Origin: Lophium mytilinum
Lineage: Eukaryota
Assembly: GCA_010093605.1 (NCBI GenBank)
Contig: MU004194.1
Coordinates: 1,712,323 to 1,765,631 of the forward strand
Direction of reading: 5' to 3'
DNA length: 53,309 nt
Every line of letters starts with the position of its first letter. The first letter of the stretch is position 1. The translations under genes and the position numbers were made by a program. This document shows positions 11,876-24,159 of this stretch, in pieces. The notes below the pieces were generated by a model. The model saw nothing but the letters and a program-made list of their open reading frames with translations, was not told where the DNA came from and did no database searches.

Positions 11876-14800
11876 AGTGATAATGATGAAAGGATAGTTG
11901 GATACGATTAAGAGCGGACAGCTGAAGGAACGCTGGAGCTTATATCAAGCTCGATCTAAAGGGCAAGACTCGCAGTCAATGGAGCCGGAGGTACACGAGA
12001 ATTGGAGAAAGCAAAGCTGGAGGTTACATAAGCGAGGGGATGTACCCAGGTACGGACAGAAACGGCGTGTCGAGTAAATTAGACGATGGAGAAGATGCAG
12101 AGATCGGGGGGAAAGGAAGGGAGGGCGACAGCATGTGTTCTTGTCCAGCAGAAGTGCAGCAGCGCACGCGGCAGTAAGGGAGGGTTAAGAGGTCGTGGTC
12201 GGATGGACCCGAGACAATGAAGCGCCGTGGAGCTCGACTGGGCTGCCAGTGCGTTTGGTGCAACATAGGAAGGGAGGGGTGCTCACGAGATGGCGATGCG
12301 GTGGGACAGGAATCGCGGTTGCAACACGCTCGACCACCTGTCCGACGACACTTGCAGCCCTCACGCGGGCGCGCGCAGGGGCAGCTCCATGGCGGACAAG
12401 AGCATGATACCAAGCCGTAGAAGAATAAAACATGATGTATTTGGGGGGTTTTTCGCCGTGTTAGCTTATATGGCAGCGCAGTGTTTGCGCAGTGCAGGGT
12501 GCGGCAGGCAGCGTTTAGGGAGGAGACAGAGAGGCTCTCTTTGGGCGCGCCGCGTGCTCGGGCCGCCCGCATTAGGCCCCGCAGCGTAGCTGTCCCGGCA
12601 TGGCTTGGTTCCTGGCTGCCCCTGGAGCCCTTCACTCCTCGCTGTCCAGCATCCACTCACCACCCACCACCACCACCACTACGCTATGGCGGTATCGAGA
12701 TATCTAGCATCACCCTGCCACGCTGCAGCTGCTGTTGGTACTCATCCGATATGCCTTATGCGCTCACGATAACTCTGCCAGGAACTGCATTGCGGACGCT
12801 GGCTCGTTACTGTTTCTATTCTTGCCCACGATATAGATCTACTTCCTGTCTCATGCCTTCTTCTATAAGTTCCCATTATCCACCTTGAAGCTTGAACCTG
12901 TGTTAGTAGGCCCTGCTGCCCACGACTTTCATGCAGAATCTCCCTCGGCTCGAGTTGTCCTCTGTCCAGTTCCCAGGTTGGACGAAACGCCAAAGCGCAG
13001 GTCATCCAATATAATGCTGAAAGACGTGGTTCCCGGACTTGCCAGTGTATGAGACAGTTGTGAGTAGGCGCTGTAACTCGGTGGCTGCCTCCTCCCGAGT
13101 ACGCCAGACGGGATGCGAGAGCCAGCATCCCCGCCGCAATACATGCACAACCTGCAGAAGTCACAAGTGCGGAGAAGCTGAAGATAGTGCCTCAAACATT
13201 GATTGCAGCGGGAACATGCAAATGCTGACTAGGCCTCAACAAACCACGCTATTTTGACAAAATTGCGGTGAGAAGAGCCAGAATTTTGAACTTCGAACGG
13301 CTCCTTCATGCTGGTAAAGTAGCCAGTACCCAGCATCCTTCTTGTCAGTCATCACAACGACACGCATAGGTTGACCTTTTCACCTACTCGGAAATGAGAG
13401 GACTCGTCGCGAGTAGCCTCAAACATGGGCAAATGCAAATTCAGAAACGATCTTGATGATTCGTTACTCGACTGCGCCTGTCCAAGTGGAGTTTTACAGT
13501 CAAGAGCAGCACCAAAGCGGTAGCGAGAAAGTATGCATACCCTTATGCTCGAATACTCTGACTACTCTACCCTTGTTCCTCGAGCATAGTCTGGGGACAC
13601 GCGTGGCCGCCCGCATTCCATGCCGACCACCCACGACATCCTTCAAAACTAAGTCCACTGAAACTCTCCGGCTTCCGTCTCGCTCACAAGCCCCACTTCA
13701 TCGGCACCGTGCCGAGGGGCGCGCTTAGGCGAGCTGCTTCCCTGAGAGTATGACATGTCCAATCGGATCTTACTATCCCAAGGGCGGCCGATATGGCTTG
13801 TTCACAACCTTGATCTGTTACCCGAAAGTCATCGACAGGTTCCATCGCGATACCTCAGCTGCAGAACTCCATCGGACCTAAAGAACTACGGTATTGCTGA
13901 TTTGTTTGTTACTTGCTCTGCGGCGTTCCTCGCGACGATGAATCTATACATCCGGGAGCCACGCTAAGAAGGCGTGAGTGGTTGATTGCGGGGTCTAAGA
14001 CGACCGTCTATGTTTCTCTTCCATCAGTTTGCTCTTCAGGCGATGATATGCTATCACTAAGACCACGTATAGTCGCAATATCAAAGCATACCGGCACACT
14101 CCCACGATTGCAGTCCGAGATCTCTTCGTCACAATCGTCCTATCACTTCGCACGAGCCGTTTTTGCCCGATCTATGGTTCCGCCATTCAAAGTTCAAGAA
14201 CCTTAAAATAGGACGCTATTTGATCATTTGAACGTTATGACACCGGAGCGCAAGTCTAAAAGCATATCTGCACCTCGATCATCCTCCGCCTCAAAATGTA
14301 GTGACACTGAAATCTTGCTTCCATATCCCCAACCATAAAAGCCTGGGGTGTATCAATCTACTTTAAAGGTTTTGGACGACATGTCAGGCCATTCTGAGCT
14401 GCTAGTTACCTCAACGGGCCACCGCAGACGGCGTGCTCGGCTGTATGTATTTACCGAGTTCTACGAGAACATGAGAGCATAGAACCCCAACCTCGATGAT
14501 TTTGGTTACAGCTCTGCCGACTGGACAGTGCAGAAGATGCAGTCCTACCGTGTTGTCTCTCGTCCCTCCCTTCTCCTGCTGGGATCATAAGGAGGAAAGG
14601 AAGCCTCAGTGAAGAATACTGACGGCATGGACGAGGAGCTTTCCGACGCTACCAACAACGAGCTAGACATCGTCACGAGCATCAACCAAGCTTGTAGAAA
14701 ATGCGGGAGTGTTGCAATTTCAATCTGCTTTGACTTCGATCGCGGGCTAGGACACACAATACATCGCCGATGTTTCCCTGTAGCAGGCCTGCCCATTAGA

Positions 14801-16149
14801 ATCTTCTCAGAGCGAGCGACACAGGAATGAGATTAGGCACAATTACCTCGAAAGAAATGACAAGCGATTCGACCAAAATCGTATTTCTGGTACGATGCAG
14901 ACATGCTCCGCCTTTCATCTTAGAATTCGGTCACGATCTCCGGGTTTTCTTGATATGCAGACGCGTGTAGCGTGGCAGCGTGCTTGCCACTCACTGCATT
15001 GACGTCGGCACCATGATCAAGTAGCTTAATGAATGTGGTGGAGCCGTTGTAGAAGTGCTATCACTCTCTACTGTGATGTCGATAGACTCTGCGATTAGAT
15101 TGAGGCGGATCCATGGTTCGAAATGAGACAGACTGCCGAATCCTTACTGCACATGCTCGAATTCATCTCGATCTTTCCGCCCTAACCTCGCTTTTATGAT
15201 TAGAGATTGATTCTGCGCCAAATCTGAAGGACTTTGTCTTTGGAGGTTTGGTTCTACCCTATTGCTCTTTCATCAAAAGCGAAAACTTAAGACCTATCAG
15301 ACAGAGGTTGGAAAATTTGGGGAAAGAAGTGGCCAATCTATTCGCACGCAGTGTCTGCTTCGGAGCTATGAAGCTGCACAAATGAAAAAGGCTACGATAT
15401 AGCGACCCCGCAAGATGGTCGATGAGAGGAACGACAGAGAAGGGCGGAAAGACCGGGCGATATGCACGTGAGAGTCACGTGGACATTTGGCCGAAAGTTT
15501 CGAAAGCAAGCATCGTGAAGGCCCTCTACAGACGTCATCTTTGAGCTTGGAATACCTCGTGAGTCATGTAAGCCCATCTGTCGGTGTCGGTAGTTCTCTT
15601 GCAAACCTCGCTGCGTTGCGAGTTGGATTCGGGTTTCGAGGGCTATTTCCGTTTTAAGACCAAGGGCTACGACTAAAGGCAGCGCCCGGCCGAGGTAAGG
15701 GACTTTGAATAGCGAGCTTAAGACTGTGTATGTACGGCTTCAACTCCTATGGAGAAATATACAAATGAAGTGTGATCTCACAGAGACTCAGGTGGCTAGT
15801 GTGTGTCTCAAGGGGGCTAGCACCTACTTTTCTTGGCCTATCCCCGCCCCCTGGCGTCGCCGCCAAATTCTACGGGCTGCCAACCACAACCTCAATCCCT
15901 CAATCCACAGTCAGATGGCCGAATCCATGCCCTGGCCCTGTCCAACGTCTCCGTCCATCACGTCGGAAACGCCGTCCCTGTTTTCTAGAAGGCATCGCGT
16001 GTTTCATTTGACACCTCCACAATACACTCTAGCTGAGACACGATGCTTCTGCATCTTTCATAAGGGGTCCTTCAGCGCTGCTTCACGTCTGTCGCGTCCG
16101 CTGCTCCTCACATTCGTTTCTAGACACACTTCGTTCCAACGCTGTCACT

Positions 16150-17156
16150 ATGCGCCTGCTTGTTTGTGCCTTCCTTCCGCTCGCTGCGCTTGCTGCACGG
16201 ATCGTGCAATCGAATGACGATGGATGGGCCGAAATCAACATTAGAACTCTCTACAACGTCCTTACAAACGCGGGCAATGATGTGATTCTTTCTGCTCCTG
16301 CGGAGAATCAATCGGGCAGAGGTTAGAAGCATTTTCTTTTGGTCCGTTTAGGATGGTAACCGCCGCATTTCGAGCCCATCCCATTCGACTGGTCTCTTGA
16401 TCGAATTCATGTTGATGAGTTCTAGGATCTTTGGACTCGCCGCCGACCAACCGAACTTCCCCATGCGAGTTCAATAGCTGCCAAGCTGGGGGTGCAACTG
16501 GCTTCAACGCAACCAACCCTCGGCTGAACTGGGTCAACTCGTTCCCAGTCACTTCAATAAAGCACGGTATTGATAGCGTCGCGCCTCAATTCTTCGGTAC
16601 TTCTAGGCCCGACATCGCTGTCACTGGCCCCAACGTGGGCTCCAATCTAGGCTTGATCAACTCATTCTCTGGAACAGTAGGAGCAGCTTCATATGCGGCC
16701 GGTACTGCATCAATTCCGGCTATCGCCTTCTCAGGGAAATCTGGAGAACAAACCGCCTTCGACCAGCCAACGCCGCTTTACGCCAGCGTGTACGCAGACT
16801 TAGCCCTTAACTTGACTTCCGCCGTTGTCGCATCCGGCGCTCCTCTACTACCTGCCGGGGTCTTTCTGAACGTCAACTTCCCTGAAGTTTCTGTGAATAC
16901 GTGTAGCAGTGCTAGCGATTTCAAGTTCGTGTTCAGTCGAATTCATACAAACATTCTGCCCGTCTCCGTAGACCCCGACGTCGACACGTGCGGAAACGGC
17001 AAAAGACTTCCCACTGAAAGCAAGGTGGTCGGAACAGCGGGCTGCTACGTGAGCGTAAGCCCAGGGAAGTCATCCGACAAGTCCACTGTTGATGCTGCGA
17101 CTCAAGCGTTCGTGCTGGACAAGCTCAAGGGCATTCTATCTTGTCTGCCAGCTTGA
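16150..17156 (+). CDS. surE: Secreted SurE-like 5'/3'-nucleotidase / acid phosphatase, ~300 aa (exons 16150-16321, 16426-17156)
   Basis: Signal peptide followed by RIVQSNDDGW, SAPAENQSG, PDIAVTGPNVGSNLG, SGTVGAA, IPAIAFS and LNVNFP SurE motifs. Confidence 0.92.
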
Positions 17157-17411
17157 AGTGAGCCATTCTGGTAGCAATTCACGCCAATACTACCTCGACC
17201 GATTCTTCTCTTCGCTGCGGTTTTTTATACCTCTAAAAATCACTAAGAGGCTGCTCTGATTATGATTAGAGAAACACAGTCCGCAGACCTAACATCGTAG
17301 CATTATTGCAACAGCTAGCTTCCACGTGAGGTGCCTCCACACAAAACGTTTACCGAACCAGAAACGTATGAAGCCTTAGGTCTACAAGTAACAATAGCGC
17401 ACCGGGACGGC

Positions 17412-19198
17412 CTAAAATTGAAATTTCCCGGTCTCATCCACTCTTGACTTGATCAGAATTTTCATGTCCGGATTTGGTATCAGATCGGCACCCATATGCA
17501 TTGGCACTGGCCTCTCCGTAACCCCATCTGAGAACTTCACGTCGTACTTTGTTAACAAATGTACAAGAATAATCTTTATCTCGTTCGAAGCAAAAAACCG
17601 GCCCGGACACGCGTGCTTTCCGTGTCCAAAGACGATACTGTCGTTGCTTGTGCTGACAAACTGATACTTGGTCGCGCCGCCGGGCTCTTGGCTGAGGTTC
17701 AGAAACCGATGGCCGTCGAATTTGAAGGGATCGGGAAAGACGGATGGGTCGACCGACCGCAGCGTAGGGACACCGAGGGTGGCGCCCTTTGGAATAACGG
17801 TGCCATCGGAGAGAGTCACTGTTTCTTCGGCAACCCGGTTCACCGGTACTTTTAGGGCGTAAGTATAGCATGCTGGCGTGGGAAAGCAGAACACTTACAC
17901 ATCGTCACGGGCGTAAGCCGCGAGCTTTCCTTCATGAAACTGTCCATCAATTTCAACTTTCCCAACGCCAATTTATCCCACTTCCCTGTCTGCTGGTAGA
18001 CATCGTGAATCTCCTTGCGCAACAGCTCAATATACTCAGGATGGGCAATCAGGTCGTAGAGAATGTTCACAAATGTTACAGACGTCGTATGCACGGCTCC
18101 GAGAGTATAATTCAGCTGCGCGTATACAGGATCGACGTACACACCTTTGGCGTCTGCCACAGACTGGACCCATTGGATTGCATCTACCGGTTTTGTGACT
18201 GGCTCTCCCGCTTCCCGTTCTTTTTCCTGCGCCCGCCGCCTCGCCTCAAGCTCAGGTTCCAGAATGCGACGAGCTGTTCGAATTGATGCGCGCAGTTTCC
18301 TCGTTTGGGGGAGGAACCAATGTGCGATCGGGCGGAGGATAGGTGGGCAAAGGCGCAGTACAAATGCACCTGTGAAGAAATCGACGGTGTAGTCGACGGC
18401 AATGTTGAGCCATTCCTCATTCCTGGCAAGGGCTGGGATGAAGATTCGAGTGGAGAGACGCGCGATGATCTTCAATGCAGCTTGGTCGAACTGGTATTCG
18501 TGCCACTCTGTACGCTGTCAGAGTTGTGTGGTTAGTATTGAAGGGGTGGAATACCTGTGCTGAATGGGAACAGTTCTTCCAGGGTCAAAGAGGCCTCGGG
18601 AGATAGTATCTCTGTCACATGACCTAAAATTCTGTAAGCATTCTTCTCTCTATCACACTGACCGTTCATCCGATAGAGAACCATCGAAACTTACTGAGAG
18701 ACTGTGTAAGGCCGATTCTCACCGAATCCGTGAAAACGTTACTATCCACCGCAGGTTTGAATCCCTGAAAGCCTGGATAAGTAGTGAAGAAATGCTGCTT
18801 GAGCCATGCTTTGAACGTCATTCTATCGTCGTTCCTAATTTCATCCATCATCACCGGAGGCAAAAGGATCAAAGGCCCGCAATTTGCCATAACTTGAAAT
18901 GGGGATTTTGTCTGGGCATTGTAAGCATTCTCTCCGGGAGGCTATTGAAAGACTAGGGATCCCGTACGCTTCGTAGTCCCTCAACCATTATATCTTTCGC
19001 CGAGGCTAGCCACCGCTGCTTTGCCTTCCACGAGTTTTCATCCTTCCCAATCCTCACGAAGCCGGCGTAGGGGCGGTCGTTGAAATAGATAGATAACGTC
19101 AAGATGATCACAAAGGCTGTCACAGCGATGGCAGCCTTGAGACCAACGCCAGTATCGATAAACATGGTCGAAATGGATGCAGGAGGAAGAGATGGCAT
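17412..19198 (-). CDS. Cytochrome P450 monooxygenase (secondary-metabolism type, ent-kaurene-oxidase-like), 5 exons
   Basis: N-terminal TM anchor, I-helix GAVHTTS, ExxR (KESSR), FDGHRF and heme motif FGHGKHACPGRFFA; four GT..AG introns restore the frame. Confidence 0.93.
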
Positions 19199-19488
19199 GG
19201 CGAAGGATTGGAGTGGCGTCCCAGTCTCCGTTGCGGGATTGATTTCGAAAGATAAATACGCTTGATGAGTGTTTTGGCAAATCTTGGACATTGAAATGCG
19301 GTATATTGTATATTAGTGAAGGCATCGGAAGCTCTAGTACCCGCTCCGAAGAAGCGGAAGCGAGGGAGCATAACCGCCCTAGACGGCAACTCCCCCAGAT
19401 TCACCCCGCCTTTTCTGGTCCCCGCAGCTCAAAGTTCTCTTAGCGCAGATCTTGATGGATCTAAACCCCCTTTGAAACATCTTGTACA

Positions 19489-20349
19489 CTAAGCCATCGG
19501 CTTTCTTCCCCAAGCGTACCTGATGACATACTCAGCCCCGAGTTCCGCCATTTCCGCAAGTAATCTTGGAATCAGAGTCTCCAACTCCTCCGTAGTCAAC
19601 GACTTGACCCCTCCAGGAAGCATCCTGGTATGGCCTAGGATCCCATTTAGAGCTACCGACATAGAGCTATACCCCTTCTCCCTCAAGCATGCATCAGGCT
19701 GTCTACACCCATACGGAATGGGTACAACTGCGGTCTCCACGTCCTCGAATCCTGCTTCCTGGAGCCACTGCGGCAATGCATGTGCATAAGTCATCGGAAC
19801 CCGCATGAAGCCGAAGAACTCCCCCATCAGCGAGATGAACTGATGCATTACCGGCCCGTCGTTGGGGCCAATTGCTTGCTCAGCTTCCACGAACTGGACC
19901 CAGCCACCTGGTTTCACGAGTTGAAGGGTTTGCCGAACATTGTTCTCGGTGTTGGGACCAGCGGCTGCGAGCATCAGGCGTTGATGGACCAGGTCGAATG
20001 TGCCCAGTAGGTTCTCTGGCCAGGGCTCTAGAATGTTTTGTTTCTGGAAACTCATTCCCTTCACCGGGCTCGAAGGGAAGTGGGATCCAAGCAGGTCGAC
20101 GCCAAGAAGCTGGTCGGTCTCGCGAATGTGCGCGGGGATGAAATGATGGTATAAGTCCAAGAGCAAGGTGCCATCGTACGTGCCAACGTCGAGGATATGG
20201 AGATTGGATTTGTTTAGATCGATAGGAGCGAGAATGATTTTGTTGCCGTTCGCGGCTTTGAACATCTCGTGCTGATCTCTGAGACGGCGGCCTTCTGCAT
20301 CAGACTCCAAGAGATATTCGCGTCCGTTGAATTCATCCTGGGTCGCCAT
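19489..20349 (-). CDS. SAM-dependent methyltransferase (LaeA/GliN-like family), 286 aa
   Basis: YLL...EGRRLRDQH, ILDVGTYDG motif I, FDLVHQR, LVKPGGWVQFVE, EAGFEDV and C-terminal AWGRKP. Confidence 0.9.
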   Translation of the reverse strand: MATQDEFNGREYLLESDAEGRRLRDQHEMFKAANGNKIILAPIDLNKSNLHILDVGTYDGTLLLDLYHHFIPAHIRETDQLLGVDLLGSHFPSSPVKGMSFQKQNILEPWPENLLGTFDLVHQRLMLAAAGPNTENNVRQTLQLVKPGGWVQFVEAEQAIGPNDGPVMHQFISLMGEFFGFMRVPMTYAHALPQWLQEAGFEDVETAVVPIPYGCRQPDACLREKGYSSMSVALNGILGHTRMLPGGVKSLTTEELETLIPRLLAEMAELGAEYVIRYAWGRKPMA

Positions 20350-20814
20350 ATTTTTTATTGTGAAAATGCTTACAATCGGTATCGAACTTGTAGCTTGACA
20401 TTAAACCGTGCCGTCTCTGTTATTTAAGGTGGAAAAGGTATGATGCGGAGACATACCGGAGACTTTTGCAGAGATGAGTAAGATTTTAGACCAGTTGTAG
20501 GCCTTAAGGCCTCACATCAGCGCAATAGAAGAACGGTGGATTAGGTCCGTCAATCTCACCCGGCAAAATCCGATCATCGCGGTGTATTTGTCAGTACCTC
20601 ACGTTGTGTAAATCATTCGTGCGAAGTTAAATCCTGCGTTTTCGATATCTCGATTGAGTCAGAACGAATCAGCCAAGAATTGCTCTTCTTGGTCCTTTTG
20701 CGCGTTCAAGAAGTGCAACTCCTTGGGCTCGACTACCTTCCCGCCGTGCTCAGCTCTTTGCAAACTATTTACGAGAAGCTTTACGCGCTGCCAGATATCA
20801 GATGCGCAACGAGT

Positions 20815-21666
20815 CTACCAGGGTTGCACCCCATCCCTAAGTATGACTTTTCCCACATCGGAATCTCTTGCGCCCTCCAGAACAGCTTTTATGAAATCAC
20901 CCGCAACAGCTGGATCACCAGCGCCCCTCTTCTTGTTCGCTTCTTGGCTCCCTCCAAGCCCTGTGGCGAGGTAACCGGGAGAGATACACCATACCTTGAC
21001 CCCATCTTCCTTCAGGACCCGATACCAATCCCGCATCATCATGTTCATGCCAGTCTTGCTGCTCCGGTATGCTGGAATGCTGAACTCGTCCTTTGGCCAT
21101 CCCTTTGCAGGAGACTTATTGACAAAAATGGCAAGGTTCTCTGACCCAGCCAGGGTGGACGTCCCGCTGGTTATGAACAGAAGACGGGGGTTCGGAGACT
21201 GGACAAGGAGCTCCATGAAAGTAGACGTCATGATGTGTGTTCCCACAGTGTTGACGTTCCAGGACGCGTTCCACATTTGCCGCACGGTCATGTGACCAGC
21301 CTTGACTTCCTGGTCCAGTTGGGCACCTAGAGAATGTTAGCTGAGTGCTGGGCGTCGCCGAATTTGAAGGATGTACGTACCTGCATTGTTGACGAGAGCA
21401 TCAAGCCGGCCGTACTTGGATTGTACCTCGGTGAAGGCTGTAGTGATAGAATCGTCGTCTTCGATGTCAACTTGGATGGGGAACAGCTTGCTGCGAGAGG
21501 ACGGGAACTCCTTAACAGCGACATCAATTGCTTCTTCAGCTTTGGCGAGGGATCTGCCGCCCAGGAGAATAGTGTAGCTTTCATCGGACGAGTACAGGGC
21601 CCGAATGATCTGAAATCCAAGACCGGTGTTGGCGCCGGTGACCAAGATGACGTCCTGTGAAGGCAT
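20815..21666 (-). CDS. Short-chain dehydrogenase/reductase, ~265 aa (exons 21666-21381, 21326-20815)
   Basis: TGANTGLG Rossmann motif, LDALVNNAG, catalytic YRSSK, PGYLATGL; one canonical intron. Confidence 0.93.
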
Positions 21667-21800
21667 GTTCGGAACAATGTGGTGCAGAATAGCTCAAGAT
21701 GGATTGATAAGGAGGATGGTCGATGGTTGAAGTCGGTAGCTCGAGATGATTTGAGAAGGAGGATAGTTGGTGTAGCTCCCTGCTTTTATGATCGAAATGG

Positions 21801-21855
21801 TCGCCCGACTCGCCCGCATCACGTGACCTCTCACCCGACTCACCCGACTCACCCG
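21801..21855. promoter_or_regulatory. Candidate regulatory array in the SDR promoter: TC(A/G)CCCG repeats around a TCACGTGA E-box
   Basis: tcgcccgac-tcgcccgca-tcacgtga-cctc-tcacccgac-tcacccgac-tcacccg, with 9-bp spacing of CCG triplets, 135-190 bp upstream of the SDR ATG. Confidence 0.4.
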
Positions 21856-23705
21856 TCGAAAAGAAATGGATCCACGTCGTCATAGGATAGGTCTAGGAAC
21901 TGCTCCAAATAGGCCCATTCGTCGTTTATCGTCATCGGATATTCAGTTAGCGACCAGTCCCATTCATCGTTGCTTAGTCGCGAAACGGTAGCTTCAATCA
22001 GCCGCCGCACTCTCCGCGTGTCCTTGCTCTTCGCCTCTTTCTCTTCACACAACTTTCCCGCATCCCGCAGCAGTCCTAGTGAGGCCACTCGATCTATTGC
22101 TACACCGCTCGTTTGCGCGGGTAGTTGCCTCGTTATGCACAGAACGAGACACAACGCCATGCATCCGAGCAAGAAATCATGCCATGTGATGCTGCCCATG
22201 AACCACTTCTCAGTCTCCAGCTGCCCACCAGGCTCGAACTCGGTGCGGAGTTGCAGGGATCGCCGTAAGAGATCGGTTGCTGCGGTGCAGCACGTCTGGA
22301 CACTCTCTTTCCGACCACGGGTAACGAATCTTCTATGTAAGACGCAGAGGCATTTCAGGTATATGAATTCGACGCACAGTCGCGTCACAATGATCGAGGG
22401 ACTGTCAGCGACTGATTCCGCCAGAGACCGGGGCTGGAACACAATGGGAAGACTAGTGTGTATGACACGTAGTTCTGCATCGATGGCGTCGACTTCGCTA
22501 TCCGTATAGGCCCCCACAGACTGGGTTAGACGAACGATCTTCTCAAAGACTGCCATGAGCTTGTGCTTGGCGACGTAGAATAGCAGCTCTGTGTGCTCCG
22601 TGTCCGGGCGTGCAGGTGGCAATTCTATGGTGTCTTCATCAAAATCCGAATCTAGGAGATTGGTGGGCGGAGGCGTGTCCCAGGTGGGATATTGGACTGT
22701 GCTAGGCAGGCCAAGTTGGAAGGAGACGAACAGGTCTAGTTGCATGGCGAGAGACCAAGTGCGACGACGCATTTCGACTGCGAAGGGGGATATGCCGACG
22801 ATTTTGGACGCATCGCGGTGGTAGCCCTGTGTTATTGCAAGGCGAATGAGTATTCCAAAAAGAACAGCAAGATCGGAGGACATGTCCATGCTCGTGATGC
22901 ACTTCCGCTGCGCGTAGAGTACCAAGGCTTCGACAGCTAATGGCCGAGCGCGAAAGTACGACCCAGCAGTAAGGCAATGTGCAGCCGCAACGGCAAAGCG
23001 GCTGTGGCTCCCGGCTGAGCTTTGAGACAAGGTTCTCGCTGAAATGTCAAGGACGGAGAATAGGATCGATGTCCAGAGCGGCGAGGTGGAAGCGGGATCG
23101 TCCCAGAATTTATGGTACATCCTGCTGAACTGCCCCGAATGAATGAAGGGAGCCACGATAGCCTTGGATCTGAAGTACGAGGCGACTAGTCTATCAGCGT
23201 CTCTTCGGGGTGGGAGGAACTGGGAGAGAATCTCGCGATACGGCAACGGTTTGCCTTGGCCGAAAAGCAGCCTTGTTCCATCATCGTCGTCGATGGCGCT
23301 GGAGAGATCAGAGCCCCCTTCCCCAGATCCTAGCTCTTCCACGTCCTCTAGCATGGCAGACCAGTGCGTCGAGCCATTGTACATGACTTCACTGGGCGGG
23401 AGAGCTGTGATTTCCACCTCTCCACTTGACACAGTAGTCTCATCACCGTCACCACTGCTTGACCGCGAGAGCTGCTGGACCAGCTGTTCCAGATACTCGA
23501 CCCGGGCCTCCGCCCGCAACCTCATATCGTGCTCTTCCTGGATCCCCGTAATGTTGCGATCGTACACGCACGTCGCGCCGGCATTCCTCCGCGTGCACGC
23601 GCTACAAGGCGAGCGCCTGTCGCACTTGAGTTTGCGAATGCGGCACTCGATGCACGCACGCAGCTCGCGATTGCGCGTGATTTTGGTCCGCGGTTGGGTT
23701 GACAT
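21849..23705 (-). CDS. Zn(II)2Cys6 transcription factor with fungal-specific TF domain, 618 aa
   Basis: ACIECRIRKLKCDRRSPCSACTRRNAGATCVY; GYHRD...EMRRRTW...PPTNLLDSD middle homology region. Confidence 0.95.
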   Translation of the reverse strand: MSTQPRTKITRNRELRACIECRIRKLKCDRRSPCSACTRRNAGATCVYDRNITGIQEEHDMRLRAEARVEYLEQLVQQLSRSSSGDGDETTVSSGEVEITALPPSEVMYNGSTHWSAMLEDVEELGSGEGGSDLSSAIDDDDGTRLLFGQGKPLPYREILSQFLPPRRDADRLVASYFRSKAIVAPFIHSGQFSRMYHKFWDDPASTSPLWTSILFSVLDISARTLSQSSAGSHSRFAVAAAHCLTAGSYFRARPLAVEALVLYAQRKCITSMDMSSDLAVLFGILIRLAITQGYHRDASKIVGISPFAVEMRRRTWSLAMQLDLFVSFQLGLPSTVQYPTWDTPPPTNLLDSDFDEDTIELPPARPDTEHTELLFYVAKHKLMAVFEKIVRLTQSVGAYTDSEVDAIDAELRVIHTSLPIVFQPRSLAESVADSPSIIVTRLCVEFIYLKCLCVLHRRFVTRGRKESVQTCCTAATDLLRRSLQLRTEFEPGGQLETEKWFMGSITWHDFLLGCMALCLVLCITRQLPAQTSGVAIDRVASLGLLRDAGKLCEEKEAKSKDTRRVRRLIEATVSRLSNDEWDWSLTEYPMTINDEWAYLEQFLDLSYDDVDPFLFDG

Positions 23706-23898
23706 TTGATGGACTGGATCTGCATTGTTGTTGGGGTGGGGCTACAGATCGTGGTTCCTAGCTCTGCGATCTTCTTTGACCGTAGTCTTAATCAGGGCTA
23801 GCAGCAAGCCCCCATTATTCCCCATATAAGCTAACTCTTCACTACCTTATTACTACCCTTCTCGAGCAAAACGTCTACCTCTTTCCAACTAACCGCTC

Positions 23899-24159
23899 TT
23901 GCTAACGACGTACTGCATTGCCGCTCTGCCCTCCAAGTCTCCAGCTAGCATTGCCGTCTACGACATCTACAGCTCAGCTTCCACGACGACGGCATCATCG
24001 AGCAGTTCCGCCCCGTCGACATCGCCAACTAGCAACGGTCTCGGTGTCAGCACTGGCACTCTGATTGGCATTGTGATCTCAGTAGTGTGCAGCGTCAGCG
24101 GTCTCGCATTCGGAATAGGCTTCAGAATTTACAAGTATCGCGACGTGCACAGGACGTAG
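23899..24159 (+). pseudogene. Fragment encoding a Ser/Thr-rich stretch, one TM helix and a basic tail; no ATG start
   Basis: SSASTTTASSSSSAPSTSPTSNGLGVSTGTLIGIVISVVCSVSGLAFGIGFRIYK resembles the C-terminal part of a single-pass membrane protein. Confidence 0.4.

Noticed and set aside
12024..12888. Overlapping 100-210 aa ORFs on both strands
   Set aside because: No recognisable motifs, Arg/Cys/Pro-rich composition typical of chance ORFs in GC-rich promoter DNA.
14381..14830. Possible small spliced gene (GTATGT..TACAG intron-like segment)
   Set aside because: The spliced frame terminates early and has no recognisable features.
7899..23705. RiPP cluster linking the repeat protein to the P450/methyltransferase genes
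   Set aside because: About 9 kb apart with unrelated genes between, repeats are not individually KR-delimited, and there is no DUF3328 oxidase or peptidase.
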